From the human T2T-CHM13v2.0 reference genome, Homo sapiens: a DNA stretch of 64,000 nt. The stretch's first letter is position 1. The number at the start of each line of letters is the position of its first letter. This document shows, piece after piece, positions 42,110 to 53,639 of the stretch. A model generated the notes under the pieces. It did not search any database, was not told where the DNA came from, and saw only the letters and a program-made list of their open reading frames with translations. The translations under genes were made by a program, and so were the position numbers. The stretch lies in the NCBI RefSeq assembly GCF_009914755.1, contig NC_060930.1; one strand, 5' to 3'.

Positions 42110-42335
42110 ATGATAAGAAGTAATACTGATTACTAGAAAACATGCCTTCAACTTCACATTCATTGTCTTATTTAACTCAAATTATGAGGTAGGTATCAGT
42201 AACCCTATTTTACAAATGAGAAAATTAGCTTTATAGGAGTTAAGGTACTTGTCCAGCTTTACATAACTAGTGAGTGAAAAGTTGAAATTCCTCCAAGATT
42301 GTCTGATGGCAGAGCCTCTATTCTAACCCTCTATA
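42110..42335 (-). mobile_element. MIR
   Basis: TATGAGGTAGGTA...CCTATTTTACAAATGAGAAAATT...GTTAAGGTACTTGTCCA. Confidence 0.75.
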
Positions 42336-42557
42336 CTAGAGATGGCAGGTCAGTGACTATTCAGAACCCTGTTTTGGTGATGCAATGGAAGTGGAAAGGG
42401 GATAATATTAAATACTATTTGGTGGGCTTAGTGTAGCAAGTCTAGTCTCTAATATCAATAACATATGCAAAAAATATTTTGAGAAATTTCTGTTTTCAGC
42501 TGTCATTGTTATTATTGAGTATAATTAATAGCCATGATACTTCAAAAATGGAAATGA

Positions 42558-42869
<312 letters not shown>

Positions 42870-43829
42870 TGTTATTTTTTTAAATCAGATGAACTATTAT
42901 TATATTTTTGAGGTTGTAGTTTTAACTCTATAGTGTCCATGCTTACTATAATGAAATTAAAATATTCCATGTGCTGAGTTAAAGATAGAATAAGACTATA
43001 TTTTGAACATAATATCTCTAATATTAGTGAACAATTTATGATTGCCTAGTCACTCTTTGTTGAAAAAGAAAACCACAATAAGTTAATTAGGAAACTGCTA
43101 CAGAAAAACAGAACTTACTATAAAAAATGTTTAAAATTCCCTTGTGTAGAGGTAAAATGTCATTAATTGTTATAGAATTTATTTGGATAATGAGTATGAA
43201 ATTGAATCCTTAACATTTCTCCTGAAAGTTGTTTCATCCTTATCTTTTTCCTTTTTCTGATTAAAGTACTAGAAGATAAGAAGTTATTTTAAAAATTAAC
43301 AATAGTTTAAAAACTTACCTACTCTATAATAGTACAAAGCCCATCAGAAGCGGTGAAGTATAAACACGTAGCACATAATATTTTGGCTGTTGATGGAAAC
43401 AGGGGTTTGTGAAGAAAGCAGGAAAATTAGCAACCTTCTTAAGGTTGATATTTGTTATCTTCAGCTTACATACGGTGAACATATTTAAATCTTGTTCACC
43501 TTCTTAATGGGATATGCATGATTAGACTTGCCATTTGTGGAAATATTCAATCTCAGAAAAATAGAGCCCATCTAGGAAAATCATGAAAGGAAATTACGTT
43601 TTTTCACCATTATTCAGAATATAAAATAAATTTGGTTTCTGATGATTTCGTTTTTAATAAAATAATATTGTGGTAAAAATAATTTTAGTTTTTATCAACA
43701 AATAGGTTATTCCTCACACAGAACCTTAGAATTATATCTCACTGAATCACATTAGAATCATTTAGGGACCTTCCAAATAAACTGAAATTGATATACGTGA
43801 AATAGATTTTGGATACAAAGCTTGTATTC

Positions 43830-44369
43830 TGTTCTTTCTGGGAATAATAGCACAACCATTCTTAGGAAAACCACTCATCTCCCCATATAAAGCTGTTTGT
43901 TTTGTGTGGGTATGACTTCATCCCTACCTACAGCAACAGAATATGTGAACAAAACTGAATCATGCCCAGGTAAATGGTTTGCAGTAGGTACATGTCTTTA
44001 GTCTGTCTGATCTATCCACACTTCTTGGCTTTTCATGGAAAAACAAGACCCCCCTTTTTGTGGCCATGAATAAGACAGTGTGTAGCCCTGTTTGCTGCCT
44101 GTCATTATTTTATGACCTTAGGGAACAAGCATTTAGATAAAACTGTCAAGTACGGAAGCCTCATAGAGAAACAGAACAAAAGCGTGTCCTTGGTGACATT
44201 ATGGAATTTCTGACTCAAGTCACTCCTTAGCTTAGCACTATCACCTTATTCTTCAGCTGAGTAAGCTAACATGTTTGTCTACTTTTTTAGTCAGTTTGAG
44301 TTCAGTTTTCTGGACATGAAACCAAGATAATTTCTTGGATATGAAACCAAGATAATTTTAATTGATGCA
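43830..44369 (+). mobile_element. Old MaLR LTR (MLT1K/L-like) with 25-bp tandem duplication at 44311-44360
   Basis: CCTTGGTGACATT...CAGTTTGAGTTCAGTTTTCTG...TAATTGATGCA; TGGA(C/T)ATGAAACCAAGATAATTT twice. Confidence 0.6.
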
Positions 44370-44667
44370 ATAAACTATTTTAAATGAAAATATTGTTTCA
44401 CCTTAGACTTGTGAAATGCAGAACAAATAAAACAATCAAATACATGTGAACCATCAGCTTAAAAAAACCCTTCTATGAAAACTTTGAGAGAAAATCTGAA
44501 AGAATTACTTTCTGGTTGGGTTGCATATTGGGTATCTGTTGGGGTATAGGTCATTTTGAGTTGTTGTGGGATAGTCATTTATAGTTCCACTAACCTGGAA
44601 TTTTTGCATGGGCAGGAACTGTTTAATCATTTGGTGGCAGGAATCTCCTGATGGCAGATAGGCTCTG

Positions 44668-45090
44668 TGATATTTAGGGAATAGGCTAAGCTGGTGTAAT
44701 AAATATCTAAAAAATCAAGGACACAATCAAGGAAGATTTTTTTCTTCTCACTTTACAGTCCATGCATAGGCAGGCCGTCCAGAGACAGGAGGTAGCGCTG
44801 GTCCTTGTGGTTACGTGAGCACGCCCCACCCAATGGCTGGTAGTGCTACTTTGTCATCTTCTACTTGGTTTCAATTTCTGGATCCAAGACAGATGTTCCA
44901 CCTGTCACCCTTTGCCAGCCAGCAGAAAAAGGAAAGGAAAATAAGTGGAGGATAAACAGTTTCTTTTAGGAATTATGGTTTGATAATTGTTTATCCTGTT
45001 TTCGTTCACATCCTATTGACCAAAACTTAGTCAAAATCATATGACTCACCTGGTTGCAATAAAGGCTAGGGAATGTAGTCTCTGGCTAAA
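44668..45090 (-). mobile_element. LTR33-like ERVL LTR
   Basis: AGGCTAAGCTG...TTCTCACTTTACAGTCCA...CCAGCCAGCAG...TCACATCCTATTGACCAAAACTTAGTC...GGCTAGGGAATGTAGTCT. Confidence 0.65.
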
Positions 45091-45236
45091 ACTCTTTAGT
45101 GGCTTCATATTATAGAGATGAGAGCACTGGGGACAAGTTAGGTACGCTTCACAAGCACATTTCTCCATGTTTCTAGATCATTAATAAAAAGCTTTTATAC
45201 CTATCTATATAGCTATATCAATGTGTGTGTATATAT

Positions 45237-45843
45237 AGCAGGCCTTTCGTATTCATGAGTTCCACATCCATTGATTCAACCAACTGCAGATCAAAAATTA
45301 AACAAAAATAAAAATAAAAAAAGACAAACTCTAAAAACAATATAGTATGACTATTTACATAATCTTTACATTGTATTAGGTATTATAAGTAATCCAGAGA
45401 TAATTTTTTTTTTTTGAGATGGAGTCTTGCATCATTGCCCAGGCTAGAGTGCAGTGGCACAATCTTGGCTCACTGCAGCCTCCGCCTCCAAGGTTAAAGC
45501 GATTCTCCTGCCTCTGCCTCCTGAGTAGCTGGGATTACAGGCAAGCAACACCACACCTGGCTGCTTTTTGTATTTTCAGTAGAGATGGGGTTTCACCATC
45601 TTGGCCAGACTGGTCTAGAACTCCTGACATCAGGTGATCTGCCCACCTCAGCCTCCCAAAGTGCTGGGATTACAGGCGCGAGCCACTATGCCCGGCTGAG
45701 ATAATTTAAAGTATACGAGAGGATGTGCACAGCTTATATGCAAATACTATGCTATTTTATATAAGAAACTTGAGCATCTTTGGATTTTGGTGCCCTTGGG
45801 TGAGTACTGGAACCAATCCCCTACAGATGCCGAGGAATGACTA
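45237..45843 (-). mobile_element. MER2 (TcMar-Tigger MITE) interrupted by an Alu
   Basis: GATTCAACCAACTGCAGATC, TTACATTGTATTAGGTATTATAAGTAATC, TATATGCAAATACTA, GGAACCAATCCCC; TA-rich flanks. Confidence 0.9.
45404..45697 (-). mobile_element. AluSx-like nested in MER2
   Basis: TSD GAGATAATTT at 45397-45406 and 45698-45707. Confidence 0.96.
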
Positions 45844-45852
45844 TACATATGT

Positions 45853-46048
45853 ATATGTACAATATACATATGTATCACACATATTTATATGTACAATATA
45901 CATATGTATCACACATATTTATATGTACAATATACATATGTATCACACATATATGTACCATATACATATGTATCACACATATTTATATGTGTATATGTAT
46001 CATATATATGTATATGTATGTATATATGTGTGTATATATCATATATAC
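45853..46048. repeat. 34-bp AT-rich minisatellite (~4 copies) followed by (TA/TG)n
   Basis: ATATGTACAATATACATATGTATCACACATATTT at 45853, 45887, 45921 (30-bp copy) and 45951. Confidence 0.9.
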
Positions 46049-46744
46049 TCCACACAGAAATACTTTCTTTAATTTTTATGTATTTTTACAAATTAGTGGA
46101 AACTCAAGTTCTAAAAAAACTAAAGTTATAATTAGTAACCACAGTAGACGGTATAATTGCAATTTCTTTATATTCTCAGTAAATTAAGTGGGAAAAAGAA
46201 AATTTCATTTCAATTGATCATAAATATTTATAGAAAATGACTAAATATATTAACATATTACCTAAGTTCAGAAATTTATATCATTTGTTACAACATTTCC
46301 TGGCATAAAAGTGTGAGAAAAATAAACTTACATGAATGAGGCAATTAGTCAATTATTTTCCTTCTGGGAAGTTATTTATTCAAGGCCTTTTCGTGAGTGG
46401 CAATGGGCATAATTTTTATTTTTATGACTTCTCTTAATAATGTTTTTCAGTATCAGATAATTGAATGACTATTACTTTAAGTCTGATTTAGATAGATATT
46501 AATGATGTCACCTAAGTCAGCCTGGGTGGCTGAGTTTATACAGCATGGGGGCTCTCTTTCAAATGCATATTAAAACAAAAATTTGCATTACCTAATTTCT
46601 TGTGTTCCCAAGGAATTACTAAGATGTAAGTCCTGCAGAGTTTTGGTGCCCAGGACAATGAATGGCCCAAAGAATGAGATTCTGGGAGGGCAAAATCGAG
46701 TATGCCAATAACATCTTAATATGGCTTTAGTAATTTTGTTTAAG

Positions 46745-46928
46745 CCACTACTCACTGAATACTCACCCTATCCCAGACATGTCCTAAGTCCTTCACATTT
46801 AAGCCTTTCAACTTCCCTTAGGTAAGTACTATTATCACCATTTTACAGATAGAAAACCTGAGGCTTGGAAAAGTGATAGGATGGTGCAAGACAAGACAAA
46901 GATTTTTCTTTTCTTTCACTCCAAACTC
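46745..46928 (-). mobile_element. MIR
   Basis: GTACTATTATCACCATTTTACAGATAGAAAACCTGAGGCTT. Confidence 0.75.
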
Positions 46929-46945
46929 TTGAAAATTATACAAAT

Positions 46946-47451
46946 CTTTTGAGAAGTGTTTGTTCATATCCTTCACCCACTTTTTAATGGGATTGTTTGT
47001 TTTTTTCTTGTAAATTTGTTTAAGTTCCTTGTAGATTCTGGATGTTAGTCCTTTGTCAGATGGATAGATTGCAAAAATTTTCTCCCATTCTATAGGCTGC
47101 CTGTTCACTCTGATGATAGTTTCTTTTGCTGTGCAGAAGCCCTTTAGATTAATTAGATCCTATTTGTCAATTTTGGCTTTTGTTGCCATTGGTTTTGGTG
47201 TTTTAGTCATGAAAGTCTTTGCCCATGCCTATGTCCTGATTGGTATTGCCTAGGCTTTCTTCTAGGGTTTTTATGGTTTTAGGTCTTATGTTTAAGTCTT
47301 TAATCAACCTTGAGTTGATTTTTGTATAAGTTGTAAGGGAAGGGGTCCAGTTTCAGTTTTATGCATATGACTAGCCAGTTTTCCCAACACCATTTATTAA
47401 ATCGGGAATCCTTTCCCCATTGCTTCTTTTTGTCAGGTTTGTCAAAGATCA
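46946..47451 (-). mobile_element. Inverted 5' segment of L1PA7-like insertion (ORF2)
   Basis: Antisense ORF2 ([19 protein letters not shown]; [15 protein letters not shown]) ending at CACTTCTCAAAAG next to the left TSD. Confidence 0.95.
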
Positions 47452-48270
47452 GAAATTTATGCAGCCAACAAACATATGAAAAAATGCTCATCATCACTGG
47501 TCATTAGAGAAATGCAAATCAAAACCACAATGAGATACCATCTCACACCAGTTAGAATGGCGATCATTAAAAAGTCAAGAAACAACAGATGCTGGAGAGG
47601 ATGTGGAGAAATATGAACGCTTTTACACTGTTGGTGGGAGTGTAAATTCGTTCAACCATTGTGGAGGACAGTGTGGCGATTCCTCAGGGATCTAGAACCA
47701 GAAATACCATTTGACCCAGCAATCCCATTACTGGGTATATACCCAAAGGTTTATAAGTCATTCTACTATAAAGACACATGCACATGTATGTTTATTGCAA
47801 CACTATTCCCAATAGCAAAGACTTGGAACCAACCCAAATTCCCATCAATGACAGACTGGACAAAGAAAATGTGGCACATATATACCATGGAATACTATGC
47901 AGCCATAGAAAAGGATGAGTTCATGTCCTTTGCAGGTACATGGATGAAGCTGGAAACCATCATTCTCAGCAAACTAAAACAAGAACAGAAAAACAAACAC
48001 CGCATGTTCTCACTCATAAGTGGGAGCTGAACAATGAGAACACATGGACACAAGGAGGGGAACAGCACACCCTGGGGCCAGACTGGGGGATCGGGGGTTA
48101 GGGGAGGGATAGCATTAAGAAAAATACCAAATGTAGATGACAGGTTGATGGGTGCAGCAAACCACCACGGCACGTGTATAACTATGTAACAAACCTGCAT
48201 GTTCTGCACATGTATCCCAGAACTTAAAGTATAATAAAAATAAATTAAATAAAGAAAGAAATAAATAAAA
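47452..48270 (+). mobile_element. L1PA7-like ORF2 end + 3'UTR + first A-rich tail
   Basis: Starts ATTTATGCAGCCAAC; ORF 47659-48030 is the ORF2 C-terminus; GTTCTGCACATGTATCCCAGAACTTAAAGTATAATAAAAA. Confidence 0.95.
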
Positions 48271-48501
48271 TTGGCAAACAATAAATGTTTGTTAAATTAA
48301 AATGGATCATATACAGCCTTTGTGGCAGCCATGGAGATGTGCCACTTAAATTAACATGTTTCAAAGAATGCAGTTAGCTGATGGCTTCCCCATTTGGCAT
48401 CCACTGCTGTATTTAAGCCATGCTTATGCTCTCCCAAGATGGTTCCCAGCCAAGGATTGAGCATGGCTGGCATATGAGTTAAAATAAAATAAAATAAAAA
48501 A
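48271..48501 (+). other. Putative L1 3'-transduced segment (L2-tail-like + LTR16-like) with second A-rich tail
   Basis: Lies between the L1 tail and the right TSD copy GAAAATTATACAAAT (48502-48516; left copy 46931-46945). Confidence 0.85.
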
Positions 48502-48542
48502 GAAAATTATACAAATGTTGCTTACATCTAGGTAAAAGTGGG

Positions 48543-48973
48543 TGTATCAGTCTGGGTTCTAGAGAGAGAGGGAAAGACAAAAGCATTTTAAGGAATTGGT
48601 TTGCACAATTATGGAGGCTGGTAAGTCTGAATTTGTAGAGTAGGCTATCGAGCAGGGCATTCAGGTAAGAGTTGAAGTTGCAGTCTTGAGTTCAAAATTT
48701 TTAGGGAAGACCAGCAGACTGGTACCTCGGATAGGATTTCTATGTTACAGTTGTCAGGCAGAATTCCTTCTTCACCAGGAAACCTCAGCTTTTGTTCTTA
48801 AGGCCTTCAACTGGTTAGATGAGGCCCATCCACATTTTAGAGGGCAAATTGCCTTACTTAAAGTCAACTGCCTATAAATGTTAACCACATCTCCAAAACT
48901 CCTATACTACTGTTTGACCAAACAACTGAGCATCATAACCTAGCCAAGCCAATACATAAAATTAACCCTCTCA
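48543..48973 (-). mobile_element. ERVL LTR (MLT2D-like)
   Basis: TGTATCAGTC...TTTTAAGGAATTGG...AAGGCCTTCAACTG...GATGAGGCCC...TAAAATTAACC. Confidence 0.85.
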
Positions 48974-51923
48974 GCATGTTTCTAAACACTGCGCCCACAC
49001 ACACCTGTTTTCACCCCTAACCCTTTTTTAATGCAAAAACTCAGAACTAATACTAAATTAAACTGGATTTAGGTTTTCTCACAATTTGGATACAGCTATG
49101 AGGAGATTGGACATGAAAGTTATTTTTCAGGACACAGCTGGGATTTAAAGTTGTGTGAAATAAAATTTTCTTTGATAATATACATGTAAGCTAGGAGGGA
49201 TCAGGAAAAATAAGGATTACAGAGGCATATTTTCACTGATTGCAGTAAAAACTGAAGGCAATTTCTTGCTCCAGGTAGTATTAAGAAGGTGGAGTTTCTG
49301 AAAGATACAATATTAACAACAGCTTTGCCTTCTTTAAAGTTAACAGTGCTAGGGTAAGAAGAAAGTATATGATTTTCGGAATAAAACTTTTATTAGCAAA
49401 CCCATTATCCTTGGGCAGGTGGCTCATTGCCTGAGGCAGAGCTTTGTGAAGGCACATTATGAAAGTGGGCATGCAGGGCTTACTAATGTGCCTGGCTGAT
49501 ATGCATGCTTCATTAGTGCCTGCCAACGGGGACTCAGCACTGCAAGCCTGGTTCTTGGCTGGTGGGCCTCTGTGCGGCCAGCTTCCTAGATACCCCTTTC
49601 TTCCAGCTAAGCCCTGCTTACTTCAGAAGTTAAAGCCCTGAAGATACTTCCTCTAGTTCCAACTATTATTTTTTGTCTTATTACAAAAGTAATATATATA
49701 ACTTGAATAAAAATTAGGAAAAAAAGATAGACAAAAAAGTATCTGTACTGCCACAATCCATGTTGATGTATATTTTTACAATCTTAAATTTAGAATAGAT
49801 GTTAATGTGGATCTGGCTGTGGATACAGATATAATATAGTTACAAAAATGCTTTCTATAGTGCTTTATGCCCTGCTTTTTTATTTATTATGTCATTAATA
49901 TAGTTGCTTGTCAATAGAAGTTCTACAAGTTTTGTTAGGACTACATTACTTTCTGTTATATTGACATTCTCAACAGTAGGTGGATTGAAAAGTATAATCC
50001 ACTGATAAAGTTTAGGTATGTTATTCCACTAGAACACAGATTTCTGAGATTTTTGTGGCTCTCAGGCTATCAGGCATACATTAATATTTCTTTGTCTTTA
50101 AGCAGAAGGAACAGAAAAAGATACTCTAATACATTCTAAATCACTATCCTCTAATAAGTAATATCAGAGCCATATTATAGTAAGCCAAATTCTTGGAGGC
50201 AATAGGTAATACTTAGGAGTAAACAGGAGTTTAAAATGTAATTACCTCAACAAGTTTGGAAATATGAGGGATTAATCAAGGACAGTTTGTTTTTAAATTT
50301 TTCATTATTTTGAGCTTTAAGGCACCAGGCTCTAAACCCAAGACAAATTTTCAGTGCCTTCTAACTATTGTCTTATATTCCTGTGTCTGAGTATGATATG
50401 TTTTATTGAATTAGATTAAAATTAAGTTTTGGAGCTTATTACACAGTGGTCTCCAAAGAACACACTTTTTCTTCACTACTGCCTTTTCACAGATTGCTAA
50501 TATCCACAATGTAAAGCTGTACCACATTATTTCTGGAATGACTATATTAAAACGTGAAGATAGTAGCACTGTCTGATTGCAGCATTCAAGTTTTTCTCCC
50601 CTGTTTTTCTGCCTCTTCTACCAATATATGAATTTTCCAAAATCACAAAGATAACAGCATAATTAACACTTTAGACTCAAGTCTATGTTATATAATAAGA
50701 GCTGCTCTAGAAATAGTCATGAGCTTCTGGAGTCTAGGTATGGCCCTATTATCAATCAAATTGAGAAAGTAGCCGGTTCCCAGTTTCATCACTTGGAAAA
50801 TGAGGTGGTTGAACTAAAGGATCATTGAAATTCTTCCAAATATAGTATAATTCTGGTGTAGTAATTCTTCTTGGAGCCCAGAGGCCTCTTCTAACTTATG
50901 CATTGATGATTGAGTACCAGTCCTGGTATTTTGTTGTTGTCAGTGTCAAAATGCCAAAAAACAATCCAGTCTAGCAAGTTTAATATATAGTATAAATAAC
51001 ACAAAACTTGGCCAGCCACTTGAGGAACTGATATTCCTTTTAGAATCAAGAAGATGCCTACAAGAGATAAAGTCTCAGGCTACCAGAGTAAAGGCCCAGG
51101 TACACCAGACAATATGGATGTCTGTCACCCATCTTCTCTCCTCCTTTACCTCAGTTCTAAATTCAGGCTTCAAGTAAGTGTATATGATTGGTGAAGCCTA
51201 AATTGCATTTAGAATCTTACTTCCAAGGGTCTCTGGGACATATCACATTTTATATTTTCAGTCTCTGTAGTAGAGGGTGTCACACTAGATAGAGGTTAGA
51301 TTCGATGTTAAGGGAGTCAGATCACAGTCCCAGATGTTCTCAATATCAGGTTAGTACAAGAAACATAAAAAGAAGCCACTGCTTTACAGAAAAAAAAAAT
51401 AAGAGCCTCCATGTCATAGTAAGTATATAGTCTTACTTTAAATGAGTTTACCCTATAAAGTTTTGAAAGTGATTTTTAATAATAAATAACCAAATTTATA
51501 TTTTATCTATATATAGCAAAATTACTCTTTGGTAACAATATTCTAAATTTTTCCTCTTATAATGAAGAGTATATGATAAATATGCTGTAAAAGAATACAA
51601 TATGAATTAAGCTGTAATTTTCTTCATATTTTATTTCACTCAAAAAGAATTAGAGCTGCTGTTATAATGGTGCTTTACATTACAGATTTCTCAAAGCTGA
51701 CATTTGTTATTAGCAGCATTTCGAGTCCACCAATCCTCCAGTTTTTCACTGTCATGGAAAACCTCTGATTTACATAGAAGTCAGAAACTATTGACAATTG
51801 TAGTTATGTCTAACTGAGCTAAAGTTATTTTAGGGAGAGTATTGATGAATGGCTGATTCTAACATCAGTTCATTAGCATGGAATTTATCAGCCAATGATA
51901 AAATGTTAGATGAAGAGAATGAA

Positions 51924-52825
51924 TTATTCATTCATTCAGCAAATATTTCCTTCTGCCTACTATGTGCAAGGCACATAGTAGGAGTTTGGAATACATCAGT
52001 AAGCATAACAAAGATCCCCGTTCTCTTGGAGTATATATTCTAATATGGGTAGATATATAATAAAAACCATAATAAATAAGCAGATTATATTATACAAGGT
52101 AATATGTGCTTTGAAAAAATAAAAAGTAGAGCGAGGTGATGTGTTAGGAATTGTGGTGGGATATGGTCAGCATAACACTCACTGAGATGGGTGATTTCAG
52201 CAAAGACTTTAAGGAAATAAGATCTTTTGTTTTTGTGTGTGTGTGTAATCACTTGAGGAAGAGCATTCCAGGAAGAAGGAAGAACTCTCCATTAAATTGG
52301 AGAGTGCCAGGCTTACACAAAGAAGAACAAGGAGACCTGTATGGCTGGAGTGCAATGAGCAGGGAAGACTTATCAGGAGCGGAGCATGGAGAGCTCAGAG
52401 AGCCACATCACATAGGGCTTTTAGGCTATTACAAAAACTTGGAAATGGGCTCTGAAAAAGTGAAAAGTCATTTCAGGGTTTTGAGCAGAGAAATGAGATA
52501 AACTTACATTTTAAGAGAATTTCACAATAACTACTGTGTTGGCAATGGGTTATTTAGAAGCAGAGAGGCCAGACAGGAGTCTATTTCAGTGAGCCAGATG
52601 AGAGATGATGCCATCTCTCTCAGGATGGTAGCAGTAGGGATGGTGAAAAATGGTCAGATTCCAAAGATCATTTGAAAAATTCGATTTAGAATGTATGGAA
52701 ATAGGGGATTCATGAATAAGTTCAAAAACTGTGGCCTGGGCTACTGGCAGAATGATGTTGCCATTAAGTAAAATGGAAGAAATTACAAATGGATCAGGTT
52801 TGTGGGGTAGGAATGGGAGTTCTGC
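51924..52825 (-). mobile_element. L2a-like 3' region
   Basis: ATTCATTCATTCAGCAAATATTT...CCTACTATGTGCAAGGCAC...AGAGCATTCCAGG...GGTTTTGAGCAG...TGGTCAGATTC. Confidence 0.85.
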
Positions 52826-52869
52826 ATCGCTTCTTTAAAGTCTGGAGGTTATGAATTTGTGTACTGCAT

Positions 52870-53054
52870 TGCTTATTGAAATGTGGTCCCTGAATCAGCA
52901 GCATGAGCATCACCTGGCAACTTGTTAGAAATGCATACTTTGGGTCCCATTCTAAATCTATTCAATAAGGAGCTCTGGCCATGGGGCCCAGAAATCTGTG
53001 CTTTAACCAGCCTTCTGGGTGATTCTGGTACACACTCAAGTTTGAGAAACACTG
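52870..53054 (+). mobile_element. MER5A
   Basis: TGTGGTCCC...CAGCAGCATGAGCATCACCTGG...CTTGTTAGAAATGCA...GGTGATTCTG...GTTTGAGAAACACTG. Confidence 0.88.
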
Positions 53055-53639
53055 TATATCATCTCCAAGGTATAAGGACCAGGGACTACTTTTCCAGAAT
53101 GGGAACATCATGTGTTTGGAGATAGAAGACTAACTTGGGTCAAGATGGTTTCTCTATCTGAGCCTTAATTTTTATGTCTTTAAAGAGTGAATGGTAGTGG
53201 TACTGATGTCAATAATTGGCTTGAGAAGCCAAATCAAACAATGCATGTTAATAGCCTTGTGCAAATTAAGCACCCTGTAAGTACTAGAGAGGGGAGATGG
53301 TAGCCTGGAGATGGTAGGCTGGAGATGGGGATGGTGCAACACAGTTTACCTCTTTTTTTTGCTAAAATTATCTTGCTTTCAAAAAGAAATAATAATTACA
53401 TGGAAAATCAGAGTTTTATTGAAGTTTTCCTCGAGCTTTAAAACATAGGTAATAAAGATGACTATCACAAAGCAGATTGATGGTACTATGTGTGTGACAC
53501 AGTAGAAGGAGTGGCTATTTGAATTTAATAATTATTTACCTCACTTACATGTAAAAAGAAAAGAGAAACATGTATTTTTACTACAAAATAGAAAAACTGT
53601 TTCGATATGAATTTGTTTCTCCAAGTTTATGCAGTTATC

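Noticed and set aside
47659-48030. 123-aa ORF (also 23331-23579, 40283-40474, 11378-11608)
   Set aside because: Fragments of L1 ORF2 in truncated elements, not host genes
53293-53328. Short tandem duplications (14-bp here; also near 3122, 13253, 21246, 58700)
   Set aside because: Ordinary slippage products
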